The notes under the pieces are model-generated. The model was given only the letters and a program-made list of their open reading frames with translations, was not told the DNA's origin and searched no databases. 64,000 nucleotides of DNA, taken from NCBI RefSeq assembly GCF_964355755.1, contig NC_092674.1:11966001-12030000 (forward strand), read 5' to 3'. This DNA is from Antedon mediterranea (Eukaryota > Animalia > Echinodermata). Shown piece by piece: positions 25,844 to 39,700 of this stretch; within the stretch, counting starts at the first letter, position 1; every line of letters starts with the position of its first letter. A program made the translations under genes and the position numbers.

Positions 25844-27985
25844 CCGATGATTCTTGCCAGAGCTAGCTTTCCTTTTTTTACTGCTGCCCTCAGCAGTAAA
25901 ACTACAAAACTAGCAAACTAACCAGAATTGTAGTAAAGAGGGTGAGCTCGCTTCGCTCGCTCCCCCTCTAGGAAGTGTAGACAATGGTTCTCGGAATGAT
26001 AATGTTCTCCTTATACGTTTTCTGTCGGTTACCATTATTGAAAATGCTTGACATTCGTAAAACTAAAACTACTTTGTTCCACAGTGTTTTAGATGATTAA
26101 TAACATTTTAAAGTATAGTTTTTATTGTTTGGTAGGGCCCTTTGAGGAGGCGGAGGTCATTTGAGGGAGGTGCTTATTCGAGGGATATGTACATTTTTTA
26201 GTTTTAATAATATGGTAACATTTATAATCAAATGAAATCCTCTAATAGATATGAAAAGTGCTAAAAAAGAATAACAAATGCTTGGTAAATTGTAGATAAC
26301 AGTGCGGTGAATTCTACTACAAATAGGCCTAGCCTAGTATAATTGTGTTATTATAAATATGTGGATGGACGTTTATTAGATAGTTGGGTTGGGGGGGGGG
26401 GGTTATTATTCAAAGTGATGTTTTATTGGAGAGGCGTTTATTCAAATGAATACCATCCTAATAATTATTAATACATTATTTAATTTAATCATCTTTTGAA
26501 ACTAACTGACGTGACAGAGTGGGCCCAAGAAGAAGACACGGCTTGCAACATGGGCAGACATCTCGGTCCTAACGGGACACATGAAGATAGCCTACAGTTA
26601 TTCCTGCAAGCTTACTCAATAAAACTCAGCTATCGGGATTTCACTCGAAAAATGTCTTATCATCAAATCTCCCTATGTAATTTTATAATACTATTCCCCA
26701 CAATATATTCTGATTCTTTATGGCGTATATTTAATTTGATCTTTATTAATTTGCAGTATAATTCCTATTATTTAACTACTGTACCTTCACACACGCGCGG
26801 TATGTTTTAAAATAAACAAAAAACTGAAATGGCTATGATTAATGGCCAAGATTTTTTTTTCGTCTTTCAAAGAGACACTGTATTGATTGAGGGAAAGTGC
26901 CTGTTTCCAGTCACCTTTAGGGTCAAATCTATTATTTTAACTGCTCCCTTGTGTTTAAAAGAGAGAAAATATTTGAAACTAAGGTTGTTGCAAGGTGAAC
27001 TTATCTTAAACCCGGAAATTACTTTGACCGGGAAGAATTGAAATTGAGAGGAAAATCTAATGTTGAAATCATAAATGTTGTTAAAAAACTCTTTATAATA
27101 TCTTCCTAAGATATAAATATGGAACAATAGCGTCGGCGTGAACACTAATGTTATCAAATCTACGTTTCGCAGTACATCTCGGATAGATAAGGTAGGTACA
27201 AGGCGGAGATTTGTACCGAAGTTTTTGCATTGTGCTCGCCTATGTCAGAATTAACCATAATTTATATATAGATACATTATTGAAGTATTTCAATTATTTC
27301 TGGTAAGGGGATATAGACTAGGCTATGAATGAGGTAGGTGCCACCCGGAGAGGTAGAAATTCTCATATGACTTTTCTAGACCAGTTTTTTCTGGGGAATC
27401 CAAATATATTGGGTAAACGGGCTGTAACCTGAGAACTTTCGCGTGAGGGCGCTTTTTTCAAAATGGCTGCCAGTTACAGTAGACTATGATATCTTGGCAA
27501 CCACTGGTCATAGAGAGTTGATTTTTGTGTCAAATTGTTCGGAATGTACATGTTCCTATTTGATGTAATAGAACATTTTGTCAGAAAATGGCCGGAAATA
27601 CCTCTATTGACCTTTGACCCAATATCTAACAGATATCATATCTTCGTAACTACTCGACACAGAAAGTTGTAATTGGTGTCAAACTCTCCAGAATAAAGAT
27701 GTTTATATTCAAACTAATAGAACATTATCTGTAAAAATGACCGGAAATAACGTTACTGACCTTTGACCCAAAATGCAAGACATTTCTCCCATCTGATCAC
27801 GTTAATCTTGTCAATTAATTCATTTTGTGCCAATTGGAGGTTGACATTCTCATATTATTTTCTGGACCAGTTTTTCATGTGCAATCCGAATATATGAGAT
27901 AAATAAGCCATAACAAGGCCAAGAATTTAATTCTCTTTTACTACATAAATGCTTCCCTTTAGTGTTTCAGACTGTATGTCGTGTA

Positions 27986-29450
27986 TTAATCTTCAAGATC
28001 GCTCACATCACTGCAATCTGAAAAGTCTTCATATTCATTATGTGTAAACAGTTCCTGGACATCAGTGGGAATCACTGTCTCAATCCATTTAGGCTCCATT
28101 TGTTCGTTCCATCCATTGTGTGTACTGTTGTTGACAAAATCATTGACGTCTGCTGATTGCCATTCTTTAGTAATGAAGTTTGCTCTAAGTATATGAAACT
28201 CAAGGGTCTGCTGACATAGTGGCAGTAATGATATATCTGTAATCTTGTTGTGTCTGGAAAACTTTCTGTTGAAGGTATCATATCTTGCTTGATTTACACT
28301 TTTCCCCTTCACTCCATACAATAGTGAAACATACTCTTCAAATTCCTCATACAACTCTCTTGATGGAACATCTGACACTCCAAGGTTGCAGAATGCGTCA
28401 ACAAATTTTGCTTTTGATTCCAGAAGCTTCCAGCAGGTACGTTTTCCTTTCCGAAAGAAAGCGGAGTTATAAGCGTTACATGTGAAAGCATGGAATCCAA
28501 TAAGGAATGATTTCTGCGCTTTTGTTAAATCAATGTCACTCAATTTCAGTACCTTTCGGTATTTCCCAGTGTTTGTATCAATAATTACCCTCTGCCCATC
28601 ATCTATGATGAGATAGTGCAATGACTGGAATATCAATGTCTCCAGAATGGGAACGAATTATTGCTACGCCTTGATTGTTATTTGTTAAAGCATGCTTTGC
28701 ATGCAGGATGACTTTTGTGTAGGCTTCTTCTTCCGGCTACTATTAAGCTCCGGAACCAATACAACATCTCAGTTAGTAACGTAGATGCATTCTTTGTACG
28801 ATGAAAAGTAGGTAACATCAATCCTCATATCTGTTAGAATGCTTTCTTTCTTTGACACTAGTACACAGCGAATAAGCTCAATCAATCTGGTCTTGTTCTC
28901 GCCGTTGGCAAGGAAATTGTTGAAATCACGGCCAACTTTGATATTGTTGAGCTTACAATTACTTTTGGTGCAATACCGCGTATGTTTCTCTCAACAGACT
29001 TAATGCTTTTTGGCAGGTATGCATCGGTAACAATATCAACACGCTTGTATCCTTTAGGGATGCTGTTGAAAACCTTTGCTACAAGATCCTCGTACGTATC
29101 AGGGTAAGATGTAAATGTTCTGATTAATGCCATCAAGTCAACAACATAGGCAATGACAGTAGCCTTTGCTGGCAGTGCCCGACCAGGATCTATAACATCT
29201 GTTGAACTTTCGATGAGAATTTCCATTAGGACACTTTTCTGAGTTGTTCGTCTTGTCCCATCTGCATTAGCAAGGCTTAGCGGGACAGGGGTAAGTGGAT
29301 ACTCAAAGGCTTTCTTAAAGTCAATTATTCTACCATGCTTTGTTGAGGTGGCAAGAAGCTTTCCTAAAACATCCCGATTAGCTTATATTACTTTTACTTT
29401 CCCATTTGCCTTGATTTCTAGTTTCTTCCCACTATTCGAAAATAAAGTGA
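27986..29450 (-). pseudogene. Frameshifted C-terminal part of an AcademX protein (XPG/FEN1-like domain), left arm plus spacer
   Basis: YPLTPVPLSLANADG, VVDLMALI, RVDIVTDAY...SIKSVER, FHAFT-N-YNSAFFRKGK, LLPLCQQTLEFHILRANF, in several broken frames. Confidence 0.8.
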
Positions 29451-29453
29451 GAT

Positions 29454-30489
29454 GATGTTATGGATCCTGGTCGAGCACTGCGAGAAACAGACGCGGTATT
29501 GCACCAAAAGTAATTGTAAGCTCAAAAATATCAAAGTTGCCCCGTGATTTCAACAATTTCCTTGCCAACGGCGAGAACAAGACCAGATTGATTGAGCTTA
29601 TTCGCTGTGTACTAGTGTCAAAGAAAGAAAGCATTCTAACAGATATGAGGAGTGATGTTATTTACTTTTCATCGTACAAAGAATGCATCTACGTTACTAA
29701 ACTGAGATGTTGTATTGGTTCCGGAGCTTAATAGTAGCCAAGAAGAAGCCGACACGAAAGTCATCCTGCATGCAAAGCATGCTTTAACAAATAACAATCA
29801 AGGCGTAGCAATAATTTGTTCCCATTCTGGAGACATTGACATTCCAGTCATTTCACTATCTCATTTCATAGATGATGGGCAGAGGGTAATTATTGATACA
29901 AACACTGGGAAATACCGAAATGTACTGAAATTGAGTGACATTGATTTAACAAAAGCGCAGAAATCATCCCTTATTGGATTCCATGCTTTCACAGGTAACG
30001 AGTATAACTCCGCTTTCGTTCGGAAAGGAAAACGTACCTGCTGGAAGCTTCTGGAATCAAAAGCAACATTTTGTTGACACATTCTGCAACCTTGGAGTGT
30101 CAGATGTTCCATCAAAAGAGTTGTATGAGGAACTTGAAGAGTATGTTTCACCATTGTATGGAGTGAAGGGGAAAAGTGTAAATCAAGCAAGATATGATAT
30201 CTTCAACAGAAAGTTTTCCAGACACAACAAGATTACAGATATATCATTACTGCCACTATGTCAGCAGACCCTTGAGTTTCATATACTTAGAGCAAACTTC
30301 ATTACTAAAGAATGGCAATCAGCAGACGTCAATGATTTTGTCAACAACAGTACACACAATGGATGGAACGAACAAATGGAGCCTAAATGGATTGAGACAG
30401 TGATGCCCACTGATGTCCAGGAACTGTTTACACATAATGAATATGAAGACTTTTCAGATTGCAGTGATGTGAGCGATCTTGAAGATTAA
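29454..30489 (+). pseudogene. Inverted, frameshifted duplicate of the AcademX XPG-like domain, right arm
   Basis: FLANGENKTRLI, SSQEEADTKVILHAKH, SHSGDIDI, FHAFTGNEYNSAFVRKGK. Confidence 0.8.
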
Positions 30490-31069
30490 TACACGACATA
30501 CAGACTGAAACACTAAAGGGAAAATGAATTAATTGACAGGATTAACGTGATCAGATAGGAGAAATGTCTTGCATTTTGGGTCAAAGGTCAGTAACGTTAT
30601 TTCCGGTCATTTTTACAGATAATGTTCTATTAGTTTGAATATAAACATCTTTATTCTGGAGAGTTTGACACCAATTACAACTTTCTGTGTCTAGTAGTTA
30701 CGGAGATATGATATCTGTTAGATATTGGGTCAAAGGTCAATAGAGGTATTTCCGGCCGTTTTCTGACAAAATGTTCTATTACATCAAATAGGAACATGTA
30801 CATTCCAAACAATTTGACACCAAAATCAACTCTCTATGACCAGTGGTTGCCAAGATATCATAGTCTATTGTAACTGGCAGCCATTTTGAAAAAAGCGCCC
30901 TCACGCAAAAGTTCTCAGGTTACAGCCCGTTTACCCAATATATTTGGATTCCCCAGAAAAAACTGGTCTAGAATTAAAAAGTTATATGAGAATTTCTACC
31001 TCTCCGGGTGGCACCTACCTCATTCATAGCCTAGTCTAATAGGAGTGTGACAGAATGAAACTGTACTGG

Positions 31070-32380
31070 TAGCCTGGGTGCAGTACAAATGTTGCGGGAA
31101 AAAAGTATAGGAAAATTTTTTTCTTTTTTTTCTGATAGAGTATACCATATAGAATGGCAGGGTCTTGGGGAAAATTGGTTACGGCACTTTTAAATTTTGG
31201 CCTATATAACACACACAAATGCCTATTAACACACACAAATACCTATATATAGGGGATAGGGAAAACCAATTCACATTTTTTTTTACTTGGAGTTGTGTTA
31301 TGATGATTAAAATTTGCTGAGGCTTACTTTAATAACTACTTCTCATAGTAGTTGATAAATCGAGTCGATAACAATGACATCATCATGCCAGAATCCAATA
31401 TGGCGTCCAATTTGGCGGAAAAAACAGGGCATTGCTAAACCCCCGAAAACCCTTGCAAACCTAAAAAAAAGCATAGCAAACCCCGCCGAACCAACATAAA
31501 AGTGATTGAATCATGTAGTGTACAACCCACTGGGTATATCCATGTAAAAAAAAAAAATTAAATTTCTACTGTTAACTACTTATTTTTGGGATAAAACATC
31601 ATTTTTTGGTCAAAAATGATTGCTAAACCCTGCAAACCTCCAAAAAAACATAGCAAACCCCACCGAACCAACATAATAAAAGTGATTGAATCATGTAGTG
31701 TACGACCCACTGGGTATATCCATGTTTAAAAAAAATAAAATTTCTACTGTTAACTACTTATTTCTGGGGTAAAACATCATTTTTTGGTAAAAAATGATTG
31801 CTAATTTTTAACCAAAAAATGATGTTTTATCCCCAAAATAAGTAGTTAACAGTAGAAAGTTTAATTTTTTTTTAGATGGACATACCCAGTGGTTCGTACA
31901 CTCCATAATTCAATCACTTTTATGTTGGTTCGGTGGGGTTTTCTATGTTTTTTTTTTTAGTTTTCCAGGGGTTTGCGGGTGTTTAGCAATACCCTGTTTT
32001 TCCCGCCAAATTGGACGCCATATTGGATTCTGGCATGATGATGTCATCGTATCAACTTGATTCATCAACTACTATGAGAAGTAGTTATTAAAGTAAGCCT
32101 CTACTAATTTTAATCATTAAAACACAACTGCAAGTAACAAAAACTGTTAATTGATTTTCCCTATCCCCTTATATAAGGTATTTGTGTATGTTAATAGGAA
32201 TTTGTGTGTGTTATATAGGCCAAAATTTAAAAGTGCCATAAAAAATTTTCCCCAAGACCCTGGGATGGGGATTTTTTTTCGGACAATCCATATGATATAC
32301 TCTATTAGAAAAACCCCCCAAAACATTTCCTATACTTTTTTCCCGCAAATGTGTATACTAATTGTTCTGCACCCAGGCTA
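31070..32380. mobile_element. Second palindromic non-autonomous Academ-type element
   Basis: TAGCCTGGGTGCAG...CTGCACCCAGGCTA, 3-bp target duplication TGG at 31067-31069 and 32381-32383. Fold-back centre ~31800, ~188-bp tandem duplication in the left arm. Confidence 0.82.
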
Positions 32381-32616
32381 TGGGAATTACATTTGAAAAC
32401 TGGCAGTGGTTTGGGGTAGGCCTAATGGCTTAACGCACGTCTTAAAAACATCAACATGAATGGGGTTTGTTGGGAGGGGGAAGTTAGGGAATTTGGCGCT
32501 AGTTCCGTTCGCACCTGTCGTTTATTTCGACTCAAAATTGGTTAAGTAACTTTATCGTGAGTACCACACCTTAGAATTAGGCCTCAAAAATACTTTTACG
32601 AAGGAGGTCACACAAA

Positions 32617-32882
32617 AAGTAACGGTAGGTCGGAGAGAATTAAAACTAGGAGCAAATTGTTCCCAATATGTATATTTATATTCAGTTTAACAGAAGATCT
32701 TGCTTGAAAATGACCGGAAGTGTGGTTATTGACCTTTGACCTCTTTCCGCCATATCTAAGTAACGGCAGGTCGGAGAGAATTAAAACTAAGAGCAAATTG
32801 TTCCCAATATATATATTTATATTCAGTTTAACAAAAGATTTTACCTGAAAATGACCGGAAGTGTGGTTATTGACCTTTGACA
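32617..32882. repeat. Two-copy ~140-bp repeat related to the Academ subterminal repeat
   Basis: AAAATGACCGGAAGTGTGGTTATTGACCTTTGAC twice, resembling 27585-27620 and 27733-27770. Confidence 0.6.
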
Positions 32883-33329
32883 TAAATTTATAGTTTATTA
32901 ATATTCTAGTATTACTTTATCACCCATTTTTTAATGAAATTGTTAACTTTGACTTGTTTTTCTCATATTATAAATAATGTCATGGCATATAGATTTGGAA
33001 CTAAGCTCAATTTGTTTATAATAGATATATATTTATATTTAATCTAATGGATTATATTGTTTGAAATAACTATACAAGAAGTACATAGGAGCCTCTCGGG
33101 ATGGATTTTAATTCAAAGAGGTGATGGGCGGGGGGTGTGTGGTGGTTGTTTGGTAACATATAATAATAATTATATCTTAATTTAAAGAAATATTTACAGA
33201 ATGGTCAGAAGTTATTGGACAACACAATACAGTGTTAATATGTCTCAACCAAACTTAAAATTTGAGCTGCAGACCACCTTAAAGATTTATTGAGGTGCTT
33301 TTTCCCACATGTTTCCGATTCAAAGCCAA

Positions 33330-34730
33330 TTTATAGGCCATAGAGTACCCAAAAGGTTCATTTGGGCAAATCGATATGAGTTCCTTAAGAATCGTATGTG
33401 AATAGCTTTTCCCCATATGGTCGAATCAATGTTATAAGACAAACAGTTTCATCCAGATATCCATGTATCTCCAATAAAGTGCATGTATGGCCATAGAGAA
33501 TCCAGAGGTTACCCCTGGTTCATTTCGGCAAATCCATATGGGTTCCTTAAGGATCAGGGTTGCACAGATAGGCTGGAATCCAAAAAGAGCTATTGACTGT
33601 GCATCTTTAATGCAGTTTGGAAGAGAATTCCAAAGCATATGAGCTACATAAGATAATGCACGGTGACCATAAGATGGTCTTCACTTTAGCAGGAACAAGA
33701 TGATTCTGAGAATTGGAACGAAGACTGCGGAAACAGGATTTTGGAGTGAAAACACAAAGAGATTTATATGTGAGCAGCAATATTTTGAAGTTGAGACGCT
33801 CGTGTTATGTGGTTCGACACACTATACGGGCGCAGCACTATTTTGTAACGTCTGCAACTTCCTAAGCAGGGTCTTGGGCAGTGCGATATGAATACTGTTA
33901 CAGTAGTCCAGACGGGAATCGGGATGATATAAAGGCATGCCGAAGTCGTGTAGTTGTTACCCTATCCAGAAATCTAAAAATTAGACCAATCTTCCTAATC
34001 CCAACCATAGCAGAACGATGGCATTGATGTTAGCATTCATCTGCAAGTGGGAATCCATGTAAACCCCAAGATTTCGAACTTCTGGGGATGGCTTAAGATC
34101 TAATACAGAAGATGGTTGCAATGGCAGAGATGATGTAATATGGATAAGCATACAGTAGAGAACCATGGAAGGGTCTAAATAGATGACCTGCTGTTGGTTA
34201 ATTTTAGGCAAATCCATATGGATTCCTTAAGGATCGAGAGTGCACAGGCAGCTTTATTCCATGAACCCACATTGTCATCCATTATATTTCCAATATGGGG
34301 CTTTATGTAGCCCCAGCCATATAGTGAACCCAGAAGGTATCCATGAATGACCTGCCCTTGGGCTAATTTGGGTACGTAAATCCATAAATGTTCCTTAAGT
34401 ATCGAGGGTGCACAGGCAGATTTATTCCTTCCATGTGGACATATCTATATAAACCCACATTTTCATCCCACATACAGTATTTCCAATATAGGGCTTCTTG
34501 TAGCCCAACATAGAGAACCCAGAAGGGTCCATGGAAGATCGGCCCTTGGGTTCATTTGGTCAAATCCATAATCAAGATCAAGGGTGCATATTTAGTTTTA
34601 TTATATATGGTCCAATCTATGAACTATTTACCCAATAATTACTAATAGTAATACAGGGCCATAGCGCACCACATAGAGATTCCAAAAGGGTCCTTAGAGG
34701 GTTCATTCGGGCAAATCCATATGGGTTAGG
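33330..34730. repeat. Degenerate ~180-bp tandem array interrupted by a LINE fragment
   Basis: GGCAAATCCATATGGGTTCCTTAAGGATC variants near 33365, 33527, 34207, 34375, 34560, 34710. Confidence 0.6.
33590..34150 (-). mobile_element. Decayed L2/CR1-clade LINE reverse-transcriptase 3' fragment
   Basis: Minus-strand remnants VRNLGVYMDSHLQM, SRLDYCNS, KLQTLQNSAAR, LWNSLP. Confidence 0.72.
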
Positions 34731-36702
34731 TTTTTCTTTTTTTAGTTTATCCTGTTATGAGACAGACTATATGGGAAATGTTTGACCCATGTCCATTACA
34801 GAGCCGGTATGGCCCATGGATAAAGCATGTGAGATTAGGAAGAGACAAAATTAACTTTTGGGATCATATAGGGATACATGATTATACAAGAACAAAATAT
34901 GTGAGGTCAGAAGACATAATTAATTAACTTTTAGGGATAAGGGTACTTTATTATACAATTGAGGTCAGAAGACATAATTAACCTTTTCAGACATTATGGG
35001 TGTGTGTTTATTTTGTGTGTGTAATGGCGTTTTGTTTCGAACCTTAGTTAATATATGGCCCCTCCCACTCAGACTTGCCTTTTGGACTTTGCCACCTTCT
35101 TTTAATTTCTAGTTTTTATTACACACAATTGACATTTTGACATTCTTTTAATGATTCTCTGATGAAAGTTATGATTTGTATGTTACATTTTATTTTTTTA
35201 AACCTTATTATTACGTTTCATTGTTGTTCTTGATTATGTTTCTATTCTGCAATTGAAGGAAATAAATGTTTATTTTGAATTTGAATTTATTATGATAAGA
35301 GAATTCAAATATGTAATTGGGATAAATGTTTTTCAGCATTGAATAAAGCTTTTTTTGAGGAAAATACCATAATAAAAAATTGTTGGTATAATACTTTATT
35401 AATATATATGAATATGCCCATAAGAAACATTAAGTCTCTACGACCAATGGTCTTCAGAATACAGCTTCATGACCATCTAAGGTCATGATTTTCCACCATT
35501 TCTAATTCATTTTTTATAAAATACTTATTACAAGAAATATAAATATTCATAAGAAACATTTTGATGCCAAAAGTAAGTCTCTAGGACCAAGGATCGCCGA
35601 GATACATGTGTTATATGCCTTAAAAGGTCAAAGGTTATTTTTCACCATTTCTAATGAATTTTTGAAAAAATATTTCATTATAGTAAATATAAATATGTAT
35701 ATAAGGAACATCTTACACGCATCACCCAGTATCTGGGGGTGTACTGGGAGGAGGAAGGAGAGGCGGAAATACCTGACGTAATGAAGTATAACATTATTTG
35801 AATTGTACTAGGAAAAGTTACTACATGTTGAACTGTCCATGGGAGGAGTTAGTTTTGTTGACTGTAGCTGGGAAGGTGAGAGCAGAAAGAAGGCTGGGGC
35901 GCAGTATCAATAGATATTTTAGAGGTGAAGGTTTGTGATTATAGAGAGATACTGGCGTCGGTTGGTATGTACTGAGAAGGCTTTAAAATAATTTTGAAAC
36001 CTACCCTGGTCGGGTATTGCTAGTGTTAGATATACGGTTTTATATAACACATATAAATACATTCCTGTCATTTGATTGGACGACTGTGGGTCGCATGGGG
36101 TGCATATAGCAGGCACTAGTAATAAAGTAACTATACGTAATATACGTTGGTCCATCATTAAAACCAAATGCACATTGTGTGATGTTTCAATATTATGTTT
36201 GACACCATGCATAAATACTGTTACTAACGCAACCATACAAACAAATGTCATGATGAAAATTATTTATTCTGTGTAGCTATTTTTTACTATCATCATGTGT
36301 TGCTATCGATTTAGTCATAAAGCTACACAAGCATGATGAATAAACGTTTTGTCAAAACGTTTAATAACTATTACACATTCAAAATGATTGGAATATAGTA
36401 ATCAAAGAAAAACATTATATCTAAAAACTTAATGGTTTTTCTATTGTTAAATATCGAAAGATACTCATTAAGAGTGGAACAAAGAAGAGTAATAACAAGT
36501 TTCTGATTAATAACATTGTTTTTTTTTTTTCATTTTGTAAATACTATCAACATTAGAGTTTTATCGTTGCCAAAACTACCTGTAGATAATGAACTTAAAC
36601 ACTGAGTGTACCAACTATTTAGCAGACGAGTTGTTCAATGTTTACCCGTCTATGTGTATATACTTTTGTATTTAAAGGAAGTTTTCCAAATACGGCGTAA
36701 CA

Positions 36703-39700
36703 ATGTTGGTGTCAACATTGATGTGGGCAGTTATTTTACAATTTTCTGTTTTATATTTTGCTGTTGGTAAGTGATTTTAAAAGCTCAATGTCAACAATAT
36801 TCTAGTAAATAAGCGCTCGTTAATAGTATCCATGGAATTACTATAGAATTGGTCGGGACCTAAAAGGCGTATGCTACGACGGAGGTTTGCGTATGAAAAT
36901 TCAGCCGATATTACTATTATGTACCATTTTTATACCCATTAGGCCTATGTGACTGTGGACCGGACCAGTTCCAGTGTAGTACTGGAAATTGTTTGTCTAA
37001 AGGTTATATATGTGACAATTTAAATAATTGTGTTGATGGCTGTGACGAAAGTAATTGTCGTAAGTATCTTATTTCTAAAATTTAGATAAAACCGTCACCA
37101 GGGGTGTCTGTAAACCTGTGATGAATGCTCAATCGTATCTGAGTTACATGTGCCCGTGTGATCAGTTCACTTTTTTGTATACCTTCCTGTGAAATAACAC
37201 AGGTAGATGTACATGTTATTAACTTTATTTGGAAGAGGGAACATATTAAACCGATGTGTTTTTATGGTTTCACAGAAAATAATTTACAATAAAATGGATA
37301 GAGAAAATAGGCCTATTCCAAATACCTACATAAATGTAATATTACATTAAAACGAAAGCTGTATATGCTATAACGCACATCTAAATGACCGGAACGGGAC
37401 GAACCGGTATTATTTACACATAACTATATGTAGCCTACCTTGCATGATTGAATTTCCTCGTCGCAATGTTGGTGAAGTGACGTAATTATAAAGTAAACTT
37501 TGATTGTACACGCACATAGAATATAGGTTGTAATCAGATGCCTGAATGTCGCAACTTTCATTATTTTACTATAATAATATGAGACAATTTCTCTTAAAAA
37601 TTATACGTGATTTAACTTAAAGTAATTTAAGTAATTTCGTTTTACCTCAAATAGACATTTTTTCTAAAAAAAACATCTTTAAGCTGAGTCTATTGTAGAA
37701 AAAATACATTTCCTATAGCAAAATTAAATTGTACGTCTATCAACAACAGTGCACTTGTTAGGCCAAAAGGATAACAAAAATGTGTGTAAATTGTTTGTCG
37801 TCAATCTTCTCTCTCTTCATAATTATAGATGGCCCACTCCCGTGTGACACACTCATCACACTCCTCAATTTAAAGAAAGTTTGATAATGGTTAATGGTTT
37901 TACTATTTTAACGTTTCTTAAATCTATAATAATTCGTTAATTATTTCAACAGGTCGTTAAAACAATTTTACTTAAACTACTTTTGAAGCCATTAATGCAT
38001 CACGTTATCACAACTATCATGTATTTTAAGTGGATGGCAGAGCAGAGTTTAATGAGGCGAAGTCGGTTATTGAAGCTTGTGTTGTTGATGTTCAGGATTG
38101 GCTAACTAAAAACATACTCTGTTTTAACCCTGGTAAAACAGAAGTCTTATTTCACTCCAAGAATTTGCCCATTGCTAAAAATATCAGCATTGGCAACACC
38201 CCAATCACACAATCGTTGGAGGTTAGAAATATCGGAGTTGTATTTGACCATGGATTAAAGAATCCATGATTTGACTCAGCAATGACTATGTCCAGACATA
38301 TCAACAACATTAGTAAATCTGTTACCTACCACCTTCGTAACATAAGATCAATTCGCAAATCCTTAACCCACTCCTCACTTATTAAATTTGTCCATGCACT
38401 CATAACATCACGGTCAGACTACTGCAATGCCATTTTGTTTGGTCTACCAAATAAAGAACTTAATAAACTACAACTTCTTTTTTAATACTGCAGCTCGACT
38501 TGTATCCGGCACTTCAAGATTTTCTCATATTACACCAATACGTAGATCTTCATTTTTTAAAAGATCTCTTAGGTCGACCAATAATCCATCTGCACTTTTT
38601 GTTCCACCCAGCCGACTTAAGACCTATGGTGATCGAGCCTTTGCAGTTGCAGCTGCTCCTAAACTGTGGAACAATCTTCCCGATCCTATTAAAAATGCAT
38701 CCTCTATCACAGTTTCCAAAACACTCTTAAAAACCCATCTTTTTTCTTTTTAATTTTTTTCTGTTTTTTCTGTCAGCGCTTTGGGACAATATTTTGATTG
38801 TATAAGCACTTTATAAATCAAACAACATTAACATTATAACTTTAAAAACATTAAACCAGGTCATTTCTTGTCTTAAATGTGCGTTCTAGTAAGGTTATTT
38901 ATGATAAAAAGAGAAAAACATAACGTATTGTCTTTCCTTTTTTGGCAGAATCCGTTAATATGTAGGCTTAGCTATGATATAATTAAAGCAGTATAATCAC
39001 ATTTGCATTGTTTTAGATTGTTTATAACATTTTTTCCTTCTTTTTAATTTTGAGTCTCAAGTTTTAACTTTTTGTATTGTAACATTGTTATGTAATCATG
39101 TATTGTATGTTGATTTTGACCGAATAAATGAATGAATGAATGAATAGGGTTGAGGGTTGGAGATGAGGAACAATTTTTAAATAAATTCTTTATATTAAAT
39201 TATTCATTCTATTTCTTTATTATCCACTCAGTAACGAAATATTTTTTATAGGCCTAAAAATAATATACCACTAATAGAGTAAAACATTTCCGAGTTTATT
39301 AGTATATTTGTTTATATTATATCTAACAGTACTAACACTCACAATAAGAAATTTGCTATTCAAATAGCGTATAGCATATTGTATACCATTAAAATCCTAT
39401 TTATGTTTATTCTCCAAAGGCCCATAAATTTACCTACTTGTGTTAAACTATGGAGGTATGCATCCATGGTTAAACCAAATAATTTGGAATTTTCCATTCA
39501 TTGCAAATCAATACATTTGTATAAACGTATATAAAAATCTATCAAAATAGTATTTTTTAAAGAAAATCGGCATGTCTTCAACATTATGATGCTGTACTCT
39601 AGCTGTTCAACCAGTTTTCATCCATTAAAAACACTTATCGTAGGAGGAGATAGGAAAATGCGAAGCCTCCTCGTATTATTGTGTGCGGGTATTTTTCAAG

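Larger units (their letters stand above)
27314..31038. mobile_element. Palindromic Academ (AcademX-type) DNA transposon derivative
   Basis: TAG...CTA termini (TAGACTAGGCTATGAATGAGG), 3-bp target duplication ATA at 27311-27313 and 31039-31041. Arms 27314-29199 and 29454-31038 are inverted copies, both with XPG/PIN-like coding remnants. Confidence 0.88.

Noticed and set aside
27986-30489. Pair of divergent functional XPG/FEN1-like host genes
   Set aside because: Intronless, frameshifted, mirror-image copies bounded by transposon termini and a target duplication.
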